Shown here one piece after another: positions 15,831 to 27,600 of a stretch of 64,000 bases of DNA. The stretch lies in contig JBJKVP010000005.1 of NCBI GenBank assembly GCA_045562535.1, positions 213 through 64,212 of the forward strand, given 5' to 3'. This stretch comes from Dehalococcoidia bacterium (GTDB taxonomy: Bacteria; Chloroflexota; Dehalococcoidia; UBA6926). The notes under the pieces are model-generated. The model saw only the letters and a program-made list of their open reading frames with translations, was not told the DNA's origin and did no database searches. Both the position numbers and the translations under genes were made by a program. Within the stretch, counting starts at the first letter, position 1, and each line of letters opens with the position of its first letter.

Positions 15831-18068
15831 CTATTCTGGGTGAAGTAGCTTATATATCTTTTCAGAGGTTATGGGTAAATCTTTTACTCTGACTCCTATC
15901 GCATCTTCTATGGCATTAGCGATAGCTGCAGCAGTTGGTGTGTTTGAACTTTCCCCTGCCGATTTAACGTTGTAAGAACCAGATCCTATTTCGTTTTGTA
16001 ACAGAGATGTTTTCATAATAGGCAGGTCTTTTCCAGTAGGAATCTTGAAATCTGCAAGTGATGGGTTACTTACTCTACCACTTTCGTCTACTATCAATTC
16101 CTCCATTAATGCAAAACCTATTGCTTGTACCACACCGCCTTCTATTTGGCCTTGATGTGTTGTGGGGTTAATAATTGTCCCAACATCGTGACTTGTTGTG
16201 AAGTTCCGTAGAAATATTTGCCCTGTCTCTGGGTCTATTTCTACCTCTGCAATCTGTGCACCGTAAGAAGTTGTTGGCGATCCCTTTGTTTCGTTTACGT
16301 GTCCAATAGCGCTGATAGGCAATCCTGTTCTGTTGAGTAGTTCTCCTATTTCGATCATTTCAGAATCCGCGTTGACAACATGTTTATTATTAATAGATAG
16401 AGTTTCTTCCGGCCATCCCATTAATTCCGCAGCCCTTTTAAACAGCTCGTCTTTTGCAGCTTTTCCAGCAATGTGGGCAGCTTCTACAGCTATTCTAGTG
16501 GTGTGGCTACCTCCAATTCCGGAATCGAATTTTGTGAAAGTAGTGTCTTGCGGTTTTACACTTATAGTTTCTGGAGGTAAAGAAAGCTCTTCGCTAATAA
16601 CTTGCTGTATAACGGTATATTGGCCAGCGCCCTGTTCAAATAAGGGTGTATAAGCTGTTATGGTTCCACTAAGTTCTATCGATAGCAAAACACTAGTTTC
16701 TCCTCCAGGAGCACCATGGTCTCCCATAGCGATACCTCGCCCAACATAAGCTTCTTTAGGAGAAAAATAATCTGCAGTTGTCGCAGCAAGTTCTAGCGTT
16801 TCTCCTGCATTGATATTTTCGAAATAATGCCCTGTTGATGTTGATTCACCGTTTCCAATGATATTTTTCATACGAAATTCGTAAGGGTCCATATTAATTT
16901 TTCTGGCTAAGGCATCCATATGAGATTCCGCCGCGAAGATAGCCTGGGGAGCACCTGGCGCCCGGTAGTGGCCGCTAGGAACGGTGTTTGTATACACTTG
17001 GTAAGAGTTGATATTAACGTGAGGAATTCGGTAAGGGCTTCCCGCTAAATGTGCTGCGCCTACTAAATTGGCGGAAGGGACAGGCTTATAACCGCCATAT
17101 GCTCCACTATCCCACATGGCCTTTGCATCCCACGCTAGGAGTGTTCCATCACTTTTCATGCCTGCTCGAATTTTCATTTCTCCACCATGTCGTGGGTTAC
17201 CTGCTATAAGTTCTTCCGAATAATCCATGCTCATGCGAACAGGTTTTTTAGAATCTTTTGCTAGAGCGAAGCACAGGGGTATGTCCATAGAACTCCCTTT
17301 TCCCCCAAAATCTCCTCCAATATATGTTGGGTTCACCGTGAAATTTTCCGGTTCTAAGTCAAAAGCCGCTGAGAGTTGACTTCTCATCATGAACGGCGCT
17401 TTATTGCTTGCCCAAATTTGTATTTGTTCTTGCTCATCAATCCAAACCATGCACGTGTGAGGTTCGAGATAACCTTGGTGTCCTTTCGGGGTTGTATATG
17501 TACCTTCAACAATTATGTCAGACTCTTGGAAACCAGCGTCTATATCGCCTTTATTCCAATTATCATGAGCATATATATTAAGATGTCGGTCGGTTACTTT
17601 TTTAGGTAAACCTACGTATTCATTTAAATTTGGGTGTAGTGTTGGAGCGTCGTCTGAGGCAGCGGAGTGGATATTCGTCACGGCTGGTAATTCTTCATAT
17701 TTAACTTCGATTAAAGACAGCGCTTGCTCAGCAATTTCTTTGTCGGTGGCTGCGACCGCTGCAACTTTGTCTCCAATAAACCTGACCCTATCATTGGCCA
17801 AAATAGGTACGTCAAACAATCTTCGGCCAATCCTGATATTTTCCAAATCTTTTCCTGTTAGGACTGAGTATACTCCGGGTAAAGCCTTTGCTCTCGATAC
17901 GTCAACTGATAATATTCGAGCGTGCGGGTAAGGACTTCTCAGAATTTTTCCCCATAGAACGTCGTTCAATTGGTTGTCTAAAGTATATTTAGCTTTTCCT
18001 GTAACTTTTTCAGGGCCATCAGCTCTAGTGACTGATCGCCCTAAACTACTGTATTCCTGGTTATCCAT
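15831..18068 (-). CDS. Molybdopterin-dependent hydroxylase large subunit (xanthine dehydrogenase/aldehyde oxidase/CoxL family)
   Basis: About 745 aa. Motifs seen: GRSVTRADGPEKVTGKAKYTLD N-terminus, GGDFGGKGS, HYRAPGAPQ, and AGESSNTP near the C-terminus. ATG 18068 is preceded by GGGAG. The tracked ORF extends to TTG 18080. Confidence 0.88.
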   Translation of the reverse strand: MDNQEYSSLGRSVTRADGPEKVTGKAKYTLDNQLNDVLWGKILRSPYPHARILSVDVSRAKALPGVYSVLTGKDLENIRIGRRLFDVPILANDRVRFIGDKVAAVAATDKEIAEQALSLIEVKYEELPAVTNIHSAASDDAPTLHPNLNEYVGLPKKVTDRHLNIYAHDNWNKGDIDAGFQESDIIVEGTYTTPKGHQGYLEPHTCMVWIDEQEQIQIWASNKAPFMMRSQLSAAFDLEPENFTVNPTYIGGDFGGKGSSMDIPLCFALAKDSKKPVRMSMDYSEELIAGNPRHGGEMKIRAGMKSDGTLLAWDAKAMWDSGAYGGYKPVPSANLVGAAHLAGSPYRIPHVNINSYQVYTNTVPSGHYRAPGAPQAIFAAESHMDALARKINMDPYEFRMKNIIGNGESTSTGHYFENINAGETLELAATTADYFSPKEAYVGRGIAMGDHGAPGGETSVLLSIELSGTITAYTPLFEQGAGQYTVIQQVISEELSLPPETISVKPQDTTFTKFDSGIGGSHTTRIAVEAAHIAGKAAKDELFKRAAELMGWPEETLSINNKHVVNADSEMIEIGELLNRTGLPISAIGHVNETKGSPTTSYGAQIAEVEIDPETGQIFLRNFTTSHDVGTIINPTTHQGQIEGGVVQAIGFALMEELIVDESGRVSNPSLADFKIPTGKDLPIMKTSLLQNEIGSGSYNVKSAGESSNTPTAAAIANAIEDAIGVRVKDLPITSEKIYKLLHPE

Positions 18069-18100
18069 ACTAACTCCCAAATAATTGAACCATTTAGTGT

Positions 18101-20578
18101 TTACTGAGTTACGAAATTAATGAGCCGTTTGGCCACATATATTGATTTTTTAGGTGTCTGGTTATTTAAGGAAAGCTTAATTTTATCGCTGCCCAAAGCA
18201 GCGGCAATCGCGTCATCTTCACTGACATCTGCAGAAAGGTTGATCCGATCACGAACTTTCCCGTCAATTTGAACTACTAAGGTAAATGTTTCTTCCAGTA
18301 GCAGTGTTTCTTCCCATTTTGGCCATGATTGTTGGTGAATACTATATGTATTGCCTACCATCTCCCATAATTCTTCGGACAAGTGCGGAGCTATGGGTGA
18401 TAGTAATTTCAGAAGGGTTTCATAGGTAAAATCCCAAGTTTTTGGCTTCTTGTTATTAGTGGCAAGGGTTTGTAATAGATTCGTCAAAGTCATCATCGCA
18501 GCAATAGCAGTATTAAATTGAAATGATTCAATATCTTCGTGGACCTTTTTTATTGTTTTATGCAGCTCTCTTGTTAAATTAATATCAGATTTGGAGGATT
18601 CATTTTCAATTATTGAGTCATTTTTGAAGCTTGCCATATCCCATAATCTGTTAAACCACCTTGAAATCCCCCGAATGCCCTGGGTATCCCAAATACCACC
18701 CTGATCCCATGGCCCAACAAACATTAGGTACGTTCTAACTGTGTCTGCACCGAGGCGAGAAATTTGCTCATCAGGATTAACTACGTTACCCCTGCTCTTA
18801 CTCATCTTTTCGTGATCTTCTCCAAGAATGATGCCTTGGTTGAATAATTTTTTGAAAGGCTCGTCGAAATCGACAAGTCCAATGTCTCTAAGGGCTTTGG
18901 TGAAAAACCTTGCATATAAAAGGTGCAGTACGGCATGTTCCGCACCTCCTGTATATAGATCTACGGGAGCCCATCTATGGACATCCTGTTTGCTAAAAGG
19001 CATTTTTTCTTTGCTATTTGGACTTGTATAGCGGAACTGATACCAAGAAGAGTCTACAAAGGTATCCATTGTATCGGTTTCCCTTTGAGCGGGTTTACCG
19101 CATTCTGGGCAAAGAGTATTTAGGAATTCTGGATTCTCTTTAAGGGGAGATTCCCCGGTTGGTTTAAAATCTGCATGCTCTGGTAATAAAACGGGAAGAT
19201 CTTTTTCAGGGACTGGAACCGTGCCACATTCTTCACAGTAAATTATAGGTATGGGTGTTCCCCAATATCTTTGTCTGGAGATTAGCCAGTCACGAATTCG
19301 GTAAGTTATGGTTTGCTTACCTCGTGACAAAGATTCTAGGTGAGTCGTTATAGCTAATTTTGCTTCTTCGTTTTCTAATCCATTAAACGCTTCAGAATTT
19401 ACGATTTCACCAGGGTTTACCCAAGCTTCCTCGAGGGGGTTTCCATCCCAATTTTCTGGAGCGACCACCACTTTAATGGGCAAATCATGTGTAATCGCAA
19501 AATCATAATCACGTTGGTCGTGCGCTGGTACTCCCATCACGGCGCCCGTTCCATATGATCCTAATACATAGTCTGCTATGAATAGTGAAATCTTTTCGCC
19601 ATTAAGTGGATTGATACAATATGATCCCAGAGGCACTCCTGATTTAGTGTTTTCGGTTGAAAGTCGTTCTATTTCCGTTTGCATTTTTGCTTCAGCCACA
19701 TAATTTTCGACAGTGTCTCTATTTTCCGATGTGGTTAAAGCAGGGACCAGAGGGTGTTCAGGGGCAAGTACCATAAATGTAACTCCGTACGCGGTGTCTG
19801 GCCTAGTGGTAAAAACTTTTATCGAATTGGCAGCTTTAAGAGGTTCTGCAAAATCAAATTCGATTTCGGTCCCCTCTGATCGACCTATCCAATTATCTTG
19901 CATTACGTTAATTTTAGCCGGCCAGTCAGTTGATCTATGATCTAATAACTCTTCGGCATAATCTGTGATCTTAAAAAACCACTGCTCTAGATCTTTTTGA
20001 TAAACAGGTGTGCCGCAGCGGTCGCAGTTTCCGTCTGCGTCCACTTGTTCTCTTGCGAGGGTTGTTTGATCTTGTTCACACCAATTAACGGGTGCCTTTC
20101 CACGATAAGCTAAACCTCTGGAAAAAAATTGTAGAAAAAACCATTGGTTCCAAGTGTAGTATTCCGGGAGACAGGTAATTAATTCTCGGTCCCAGTCGTA
20201 AACAGCGCCCAGCGTTTTTAGTTGTCCTCGCATTTTTTCTACATTACCGAGCGTCCAGTCCCTTGGATGAATACTTCTCTCTATTGCCGCGTTTTCGGCG
20301 GGTAGCCCAAATGCATCAAATCCCATAGGGTGTAGAACATTATAGCCATTCATTCTTTTAAATCTTGCGTAGGCATCTGCAGGCGCTTCGGCATACCAAT
20401 GCCCGACGTGTAAATCTCCAGACGTGTAAGGAAACATAGTGAGGGAATAGAATTTGGGTCTTGGGTCATCGTCGCTGGCTGCATACATATTGTCTGCAGC
20501 CCATCGATCTTGCCATTTGGCATCAATTAGTGAAGGGTCATATCTAAGATTATATGATTCTGTATTAGTGTTTGACAT
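18101..20578 (-). CDS. leuS: Leucyl-tRNA synthetase
   Basis: 825 aa. Motifs seen: HIGH variant HVGHWY, KMSKSRGN, and editing domain (CP1) sequence. The full length aligns by eye to bacterial LeuRS. Confidence 0.97.
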   Translation of the reverse strand: MSNTNTESYNLRYDPSLIDAKWQDRWAADNMYAASDDDPRPKFYSLTMFPYTSGDLHVGHWYAEAPADAYARFKRMNGYNVLHPMGFDAFGLPAENAAIERSIHPRDWTLGNVEKMRGQLKTLGAVYDWDRELITCLPEYYTWNQWFFLQFFSRGLAYRGKAPVNWCEQDQTTLAREQVDADGNCDRCGTPVYQKDLEQWFFKITDYAEELLDHRSTDWPAKINVMQDNWIGRSEGTEIEFDFAEPLKAANSIKVFTTRPDTAYGVTFMVLAPEHPLVPALTTSENRDTVENYVAEAKMQTEIERLSTENTKSGVPLGSYCINPLNGEKISLFIADYVLGSYGTGAVMGVPAHDQRDYDFAITHDLPIKVVVAPENWDGNPLEEAWVNPGEIVNSEAFNGLENEEAKLAITTHLESLSRGKQTITYRIRDWLISRQRYWGTPIPIIYCEECGTVPVPEKDLPVLLPEHADFKPTGESPLKENPEFLNTLCPECGKPAQRETDTMDTFVDSSWYQFRYTSPNSKEKMPFSKQDVHRWAPVDLYTGGAEHAVLHLLYARFFTKALRDIGLVDFDEPFKKLFNQGIILGEDHEKMSKSRGNVVNPDEQISRLGADTVRTYLMFVGPWDQGGIWDTQGIRGISRWFNRLWDMASFKNDSIIENESSKSDINLTRELHKTIKKVHEDIESFQFNTAIAAMMTLTNLLQTLATNNKKPKTWDFTYETLLKLLSPIAPHLSEELWEMVGNTYSIHQQSWPKWEETLLLEETFTLVVQIDGKVRDRINLSADVSEDDAIAAALGSDKIKLSLNNQTPKKSIYVAKRLINFVTQ

Positions 20579-20704
20579 TAAGTCTTTCCATTTTTTTTGT
20601 TCCGTAATTTCTGTATATTATAAACATCTTTTTTTAGATTTGTTTGCTTTAGCCTCTTAGGCCTTCAACTTAAATCGTAGAGAATAACTAGCGTGAGAAA
20701 AGAA

Positions 20705-20733
20705 TTGACAATGATATCTAATGCAACTATAAT
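20705..20733 (+). promoter_or_regulatory. Consensus sigma70-type promoter for rpoBC
   Basis: TTGACA (20705-20710), a 17-nt spacer, then TATAAT (20728-20733). It lies about 120 nt upstream of the rpoB start region. Confidence 0.65.
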
Positions 20734-20855
20734 TTAGTCCGCGTGGTTCTATATAATAATACCTCAAACAAAAGAATGTAATAAGCCTACTCGCTTGGCT
20801 ATAGCTTGGCGTGTGGGTTTTTTCGCGTTCTATAAGATCAAGGAAGGTGTTCGCT

Positions 20856-23800
20856 TTGGTAATAGCTTCAGATAAGACGACAAAAGATTATTCTAAGATT
20901 GAAGAGGTATTGGGACCCCCTAACCTTATTCAAATCCAGTCGGGATCATTTAATTGGTTTCAAGATCAAGGCATAACTGATCTTTTAGAAGAAATAAGCC
21001 CAATTCAAGATTCAGTTAGAGAAGGTATTTCTGCTGATGTAGCTAAAGGGCGAACTCCTAGAGAGATCTTGGCCTTGATTAAAGACAGCGAAGATAAAGG
21101 GGCTATTTCAAGCTCAACCGGTAGATTTTCGTTAAGTTTTATTGACCATCGATTCGGCCCTCCCAAGTATACTGAAGACGAAGCACGTGACAAAGACCAG
21201 AATTATTGCGCACCTCTTTTTGTAACAGCAAGATTGGTCGTTCGGGACAGTGGTGAAATTAAAGACCAAGAACTATTTTTCGGAGATATTCCTCTGATGA
21301 CAGATAGAGGAACATTTATCATAAATGGTGCAGAGCGAGTGGTTGTAAGTCAGCTTGTTAGATCTCCTGGAGCCTATTTCACACTTTCGAGAGATAATGT
21401 TACCGGAAGAGATTTGGCATCTGCTAAATTAATACCTAACCGTGGTGCGTGGCTTGAATTTGAAGTTTCATCGAAAAATTTGGTTACTGTGAAAGTCGAT
21501 AGAAGGCGTAAAATGCCTGTTACACTTTTTCTTCGTGCTCTCGGTTATGACAATGACGAGATCTTGAAAGAGTTTGCTGAAGTCGATTCTGATCAGGAAA
21601 TTTCATATATTCAGTCAACTCTGGATAAAGACACCGCAGGTGATAGTTTTGATGATTCACTATTGGACGTATATCGTAGGTTACGACCTGGAGAACCGTC
21701 GGTTATAGATAATGCAAAAACGTTAGTATATAACCTGTTTTTTAATCCTAGACGTTATGACCTGGCTAAGGTGGGAAGATATAAACTTAATCGTAATCTT
21801 GGTTTAGATCCAGACTACGAAAATACTACTCTATCTCCTGAGGATATACTTGCGTTGATCAAACAAATGATTAAAGTACAACGCCGATTAGAAATTCCTA
21901 ATGATATAGACCATCTTGGCAACAGGCGAGTAAGAGCAGTAGGAGAATTGATACAGAATCAGTTCAGAGTGGGCCTTTTAAGGATGGAAAGAGTAGCGCG
22001 AGAGCGTATGACTTTAGTACAACCGGAAGGAGCAACACCTGGGCACCTTATAAATGTCAGACCAGTAGTCGCATCGATGAGGGAATTTTTTGGTGGCTCA
22101 CAATTATCGCAATTTATGGATCAAACGAACCCGCTTGCAGAGTTAACTCATAAAAGAAGGCTTTCTGCACTAGGTCCAGGAGGTCTATCAAGAGAGCGTG
22201 CAGGATTCGATGTTAGAGATGTTCATAATTCTCATTATGGTCGTATTTGTCCTATCGAGACGCCTGAAGGCCCCAATATTGGGCTACTTGGTTCTCTAGC
22301 AACTTACGCGCGTATAAATGAACATGGTTTTATTGAAACTCCTTATCGGCCTGTATATAGGACGATATCTAACAAAGATAAAGATCAATTAACGGGTCAT
22401 ACTCTTCGGGAAGATGTTGTTAAATCAGATAAAAGTGTTGTTGCAAAAGAAGGGCAAATCGTTGATGCAAAATTAGCGACAGCGATAGCAAGGCTAAGTA
22501 AAAGAGATATTCCAGTCGTGCCTTTTGTTGCAGAAGATACATCTTACCTCTCTGCAGATGAAGAAGAGACTTATGATATAGCACAAGCAAATACAAGGCT
22601 AAATGAAAAAAGAGAGATAATATCAGATCTAATTGAAGTCAGGCATAATGGTGAGCCACATACTGCGCGATCTGTCGAAGTAGATTATATGGATGTTTCT
22701 CCTAAACAATTATTTAGTGTTTCAACGGCTCTGATTCCCTTTTTAGAGCATGATGATGCTAACAGAGCACTGATGGGATCAAACATGCAGAGGCAAGCAG
22801 TTCCTTTAGTGCGTCCTGATGTGCCATTGGTTTCAACCGGTATGGAAGGACGGGTTGCAACTGATAGTGGGCAAATATTGCTGTCAAAATTCGCCGGTGT
22901 TGTAGAATCTGCAACCGCAGATGAAGTAGTTATTAAAGACGAAGAAGGAGAGCTGCACTCTCACCGAGTTCGAAAATTTGAGAGATCAAACCAAGGAACA
23001 ATCATTAATCAGAGGCCGTCTGTAGTTGCGGGCGAAAAAGTAGAGATTGGTGATCCTATTGCTGACTGTGCTTCAACAGTAAAAGGAGATTTAGCCCTAG
23101 GGCAAAATGTCTTGGTGGCGTTTATGTCATGGGAAGGATTTAATTTCGAAGATGCCATTATACTTTCTGAAGAAATGGTGAGAGATGATAAATTTACTTC
23201 TATCCATATAGAAAAATATGAAACTGAATCCAGAGATACGAAACTAGGTGCAGAAGAGATTACGAGAGATATTCCCAATGTAGGTGAAGAAGCACTGAAA
23301 GACTTGGATGAGCACGGAGTTATAAGATTAGGTGCTGAAGTTACTAGCGGGGATGTATTGGTGGGGAAAATAACACCAAAGGGAGAGACTGAATTATCTC
23401 CGGAAGAGAAATTATTAAGAGCTATTTTTAGTGAAAAAGCTAGAGAAGTGAGAGATTCGTCTCTGAAAGTTCCACATGGAGAGCGTGGGAAAGTTATTGA
23501 TGTAAGAGTTTTGTCTAGGGCTAATAAAGATGAGTTGCCCGCTGGAGTGAACGAATTAGTGAGAGTATCGGTGGCGCAAACGCGTAAAATTTCTGTAGGA
23601 GATAAGATGGCAGGGAGGCATGGAAACAAGGGGGTTATCTCAAGGATTATGCCTATTGAAGATATGCCCTACCTTCCGGATGGAACTCCTTTGCAGATAA
23701 TATTGAATCCTATAGGAGTACCGAGCCGTATGAATCTAGGACAAATTCTGGAAACCCATATCGGTTCTGCAGCAAATGATTTAGGTTTCAAAGTAGTTAC

Positions 23801-24659
23801 ACCGGTCTTTGACGGAGCAGATCCAGCTTCAATTGAAGATGCGCTTGGGAGAGCATGGATCGCACATGAATCTGGGGCTGTCGTTAGTAAAGAAGAAAAT
23901 GGCCCATTAGAATTTGATCAATCGATCGCAGAAAAATGGCTACAGGACAGAGGGGTAATAAGAGACGATCTTTTTGACGATACAATTATTGGCCCGGCTA
24001 AAGAAACTTGCCTGAGGCTCTGGTTAGAAGATGAAGGTATTAAGAGCTCTAAACTGGCTGGAGAAAAACTTATTAAGGCAACGTCAAATCATTACGAAAA
24101 ATCAGGGCATCACCCACCTATTTTTGGCAAGGTATTGTTAAGAGATGGCAGAACAGGTGAGCCGTTTGGCCAGCCTGTCACCGTAGGCTATATATACATG
24201 CTGAAACTTATTCACTTAGTGGAAGATAAAATCCATGCGAGATCAACTGGCCCCTATTCTTTAATAACCCAGCAACCTCTTGGTGGTAAGGCACAATTTG
24301 GTGGACAGAGGTTTGGTGAAATGGAAGTTTGGGCTCTTGAAGCTTATAGCGCAGCACATAACCTACAAGAAATGTTGACAGTTAAGTCAGATGATGTTCA
24401 AGGACGTCAGCAGACGTATGAATCAATCGTTAAAGGCGAAGATGTAATGGAACCAGGTGTCCCAGAAAGTTTTCACGTGTTACAGAAAGAACTTCAGAGC
24501 CTAGGTTTAGCAGTTGAACTTTTAGGCAAAAACGAAATTCCTGATAAGGAGTCGATTGTAGCAGCACCAGTTGGTGTTCTTGAAGAAGATTCAGCAGATT
24601 TACTAGATGAAACAGATATAGAAATGGAAAAAGAAGAGGAGTCCGACGATGACGGATAG
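20856..24659 (+). CDS. rpoB: DNA-directed RNA polymerase subunit beta
   Basis: The tracked ORF starts at GTG 20811 (1282 aa). I prefer TTG 20856, which has AGGAAGG 8 nt upstream and gives [28 protein letters not shown], matching the usual RpoB N-terminus. The conserved blocks are all present, including [13 protein letters not shown] and [16 protein letters not shown]. Confidence 0.95.
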   Translation: MVIASDKTTKDYSKIEEVLGPPNLIQIQSGSFNWFQDQGITDLLEEISPIQDSVREGISADVAKGRTPREILALIKDSEDKGAISSSTGRFSLSFIDHRFGPPKYTEDEARDKDQNYCAPLFVTARLVVRDSGEIKDQELFFGDIPLMTDRGTFIINGAERVVVSQLVRSPGAYFTLSRDNVTGRDLASAKLIPNRGAWLEFEVSSKNLVTVKVDRRRKMPVTLFLRALGYDNDEILKEFAEVDSDQEISYIQSTLDKDTAGDSFDDSLLDVYRRLRPGEPSVIDNAKTLVYNLFFNPRRYDLAKVGRYKLNRNLGLDPDYENTTLSPEDILALIKQMIKVQRRLEIPNDIDHLGNRRVRAVGELIQNQFRVGLLRMERVARERMTLVQPEGATPGHLINVRPVVASMREFFGGSQLSQFMDQTNPLAELTHKRRLSALGPGGLSRERAGFDVRDVHNSHYGRICPIETPEGPNIGLLGSLATYARINEHGFIETPYRPVYRTISNKDKDQLTGHTLREDVVKSDKSVVAKEGQIVDAKLATAIARLSKRDIPVVPFVAEDTSYLSADEEETYDIAQANTRLNEKREIISDLIEVRHNGEPHTARSVEVDYMDVSPKQLFSVSTALIPFLEHDDANRALMGSNMQRQAVPLVRPDVPLVSTGMEGRVATDSGQILLSKFAGVVESATADEVVIKDEEGELHSHRVRKFERSNQGTIINQRPSVVAGEKVEIGDPIADCASTVKGDLALGQNVLVAFMSWEGFNFEDAIILSEEMVRDDKFTSIHIEKYETESRDTKLGAEEITRDIPNVGEEALKDLDEHGVIRLGAEVTSGDVLVGKITPKGETELSPEEKLLRAIFSEKAREVRDSSLKVPHGERGKVIDVRVLSRANKDELPAGVNELVRVSVAQTRKISVGDKMAGRHGNKGVISRIMPIEDMPYLPDGTPLQIILNPIGVPSRMNLGQILETHIGSAANDLGFKVVTPVFDGADPASIEDALGRAWIAHESGAVVSKEENGPLEFDQSIAEKWLQDRGVIRDDLFDDTIIGPAKETCLRLWLEDEGIKSSKLAGEKLIKATSNHYEKSGHHPPIFGKVLLRDGRTGEPFGQPVTVGYIYMLKLIHLVEDKIHARSTGPYSLITQQPLGGKAQFGGQRFGEMEVWALEAYSAAHNLQEMLTVKSDDVQGRQQTYESIVKGEDVMEPGVPESFHVLQKELQSLGLAVELLGKNEIPDKESIVAAPVGVLEEDSADLLDETDIEMEKEEESDDDG

Positions 24660-27600
24660 TGATTTTAGCGCTATCAGAATTTCAATAGCTTCCCCTGATC
24701 AAATCAGGGCTTGGTCATATGGCGAAGTGACTAAACCGGAGACAATTAACTATAGAAATCAGAAGCCGGAAAAAGATGGCTTATTCGATGAAAGAATTTT
24801 TGGACCTACTAAAGACTTTGAATGTTATTGCGGAAAATATAAGAGAATAAGATATCGTGGCGTTATATGTGACCGGTGCGGAGTTGAAGTTACCAGAGCA
24901 AAAGTTCGCCGTGAGAGAATGGGTCACATAAATTTAGCGGCCCCTGTAGCACATATATGGTTTGCTAAAGGAACCCCAGGTTGGCTTGGGCTTCTTTTGG
25001 ACATGACACCTCGTAATCTTGAGAGGGTGCTTTATTACGCTCAATACATCATTACTAAAATTGATAAAGACCAAAAAGCTAAACTTCTTGCAGAATATTC
25101 TTCTGGCCAAACAGATGTTGATAACGTTGTTCAAGACGAAAAAGAATCAGCACTTAATCAAATAACTGATACTCGAGATGAAACGGTAACTGCTATAGAC
25201 CAACAGATTGAAGATCTAGAGAATAACCTTCAATCTGAGTTTGCTGATAAATTGCAGCCAATTAGAGATGAAATGGCAATAGCGCAGAAATTTTTGGACG
25301 AAAATAAACGGAAAAGGAATCATGAAGGTTTGACCTTTTTGGGAAAAAGTATTGTCGAGTCGAAGCAGACAATAGCTAAAGTTCATACAGGAGTTCTTGC
25401 GCAAGCTGTCAAAGAATTAATGGATGAAGTAACAGGTAAAAAAGGTATCCAAACAAAAACTGAAATAGAAGAATTGATATCTGAGAAACATAGAGTGATC
25501 GATTCGGCAGATGAACAGACTTCAAAAATAATTAAATTATCTGCTACGAGACTAAAAGATGCTTTTAAAGCCATAGATGAAAAACGCAGTGAAATTGAAA
25601 ATATTAAACCACTAAAAACTCTGACTGAGAATATGTATAGAGAACTGACAGATCGATATCCTAAGTTGTTTACTGCATCTATGGGAGCTGAAGCTCTCTT
25701 AGATATATTGGGTAACCTAAATCTAGATAACATGCGAACAGATCTGTTTAAAGAGGCCTCTGAAGGTACTGGACAGAAAGCAAAGAAAGCAGCAAAAAGG
25801 TTACGAGTTATAGAAGCGTTTAGGAAGAGCGAAAATAACCCACAATGGATGGTTATGTCTGTTCTACCCGTTTTGCCACCTGATTTGAGACCTATGGTTC
25901 AACTAGACGGGGGAAGGTTCGCTACGAGTGACCTAAATGATTTGTATCGAAGAGTCATTAATAGGAACAACCGCTTACGACGCCTTATTAAATTGGGAGC
26001 TCCGGAAATCATTGTTAGAAATGAAAAACGTATGTTGCAAGAAGCAGTCGATGCTTTGATCGATAATGGACGAAGAGGAAGGACCCTCACAGGAAGTCAC
26101 AATCATAAGCTTAAATCTTTGTCGGATATGTTAAGAGGGAAACAAGGCCGGTTCAGACAAAATTTGTTAGGAAAGAGAGTTGATTATAGCGGGAGATCAG
26201 TAATTGTAGTGGGATCCTCGTTAAAACTTAATCAATGTGGTCTTCCGAAGAAAATGGCTCTTGAATTGTTTAAACCATTTGTTATTAACAGGCTTGTCAT
26301 GAACGGGTTTGCGCCTAATATTAAGAGTGCTAAACGGTCGGTAGAGAGGATGAGGCCTGAAGTTTGGGACTTGCTTGAAGAAGTAATTAAAGATAGGCCT
26401 GTTTTTCTGAATAGGGCTCCTACGTTACACAGGCTTGGTATACAGGCTTTTGAACCGGTTTTAGTAGAAGGAAATGCTATCCAGATCCATCCTTTAGTCT
26501 GTTCGGCATATAACGCAGACTTTGATGGTGATCAGATGGCAGTCCATGTTCCTATTGGACGGAAAGCGATTGCTGAGGCCAGAAAATTGATGCTTTCCAC
26601 CCACAATATGCTCCTTCCTAGCTCTGGTGATCCTGTGGTAGCGCCAACTTTGGATATCGTAGTAGGTTGCTATTACTTGACTACTATTGAAGATAAAGTC
26701 AAAGGTGAAGGCAAAATTTTTCATGACTATGATGATGTTAAGCTAGCATATGAACTTCGCCAAATAGACCTTAGAGCTAAAGTCACTATAAAAAAAGGAA
26801 TTGCTATAAATCCAGATGGTGAAAAAATTAGCTTATTGCCTAGATTTATGACCAACCAGGATTCCTCTACTTTTGTTGTGGAACCATTGGTGCAATTACC
26901 TTTACCGGATGATTGGACGATGGAATCCATCGAAACATCTGTTGGCCGAATACTTTTCAACCAAGTTTTTCCTAATACTGTAGATTACAGAAATCAAGTA
27001 GTAGATAAGACGGCTTTGAAAGATATTGTTTCTGAGTGTTACCAAAAAGTAGATAATGATACTACTGCTTTAGTTTTAGATGATGTGAAGAAATTGGGAT
27101 TCCATTTTGCTACTGAATCGGGGCTTACAATCGCGCTAAGTGATATTAATGTCCCACCAGAAAAAGAAGCTATGCTTGAAGAAGCTGATAAACGAGTTAG
27201 TGAAGTCGAACGTAACTATCAACGTGGATTGATGACTGCCGAAGAAGAAGAAGTTCGAACAATAGATATATGGCAAGATGTTAATCACCAAATGGAAAAT
27301 GTAATAAATGAGAGATTGCCTGAATTTGGTAATTTATACTTAATGGCAGGTTCCGGTGCTAAGGGAAACATCGCACAGATCAAACAAATGGTTGGTATGA
27401 GAGGTTTGATGGCAGACCCTAAAGGTAAAATTTTACCTTTGCCTATTAGGTCTAGTTTCAGAGAAGGACTGACGGTTCTTGAGTATTTTATTTCCACTCA
27501 TGGAGCTAGAAAAGGCCTTGCTGATACTGCTCTTAGGACAGCAGATTCAGGCTACCTTACTAGGCGTCTTATCGATGTTTCACAAGATATGATTGCTATC

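Noticed and set aside
20579-20704. Possible T-box leader upstream of leuS (minus strand)
   Set aside because: The reverse complement contains no T-box sequence (AGGGTGGTACCGCG-like) and no specifier or antiterminator architecture. The leader appears to be only about 35-40 nt long, after a TATAAT-like hexamer at 20617-20622.
23009-23629. 206-aa minus-strand ORF inside rpoB, and several 60-116-aa antisense ORFs inside rpoC (for example 25383-25733)
   Set aside because: These are Ser/Thr/Leu-rich shadow frames opposite highly conserved genes, as is typical in AT-rich coding regions.
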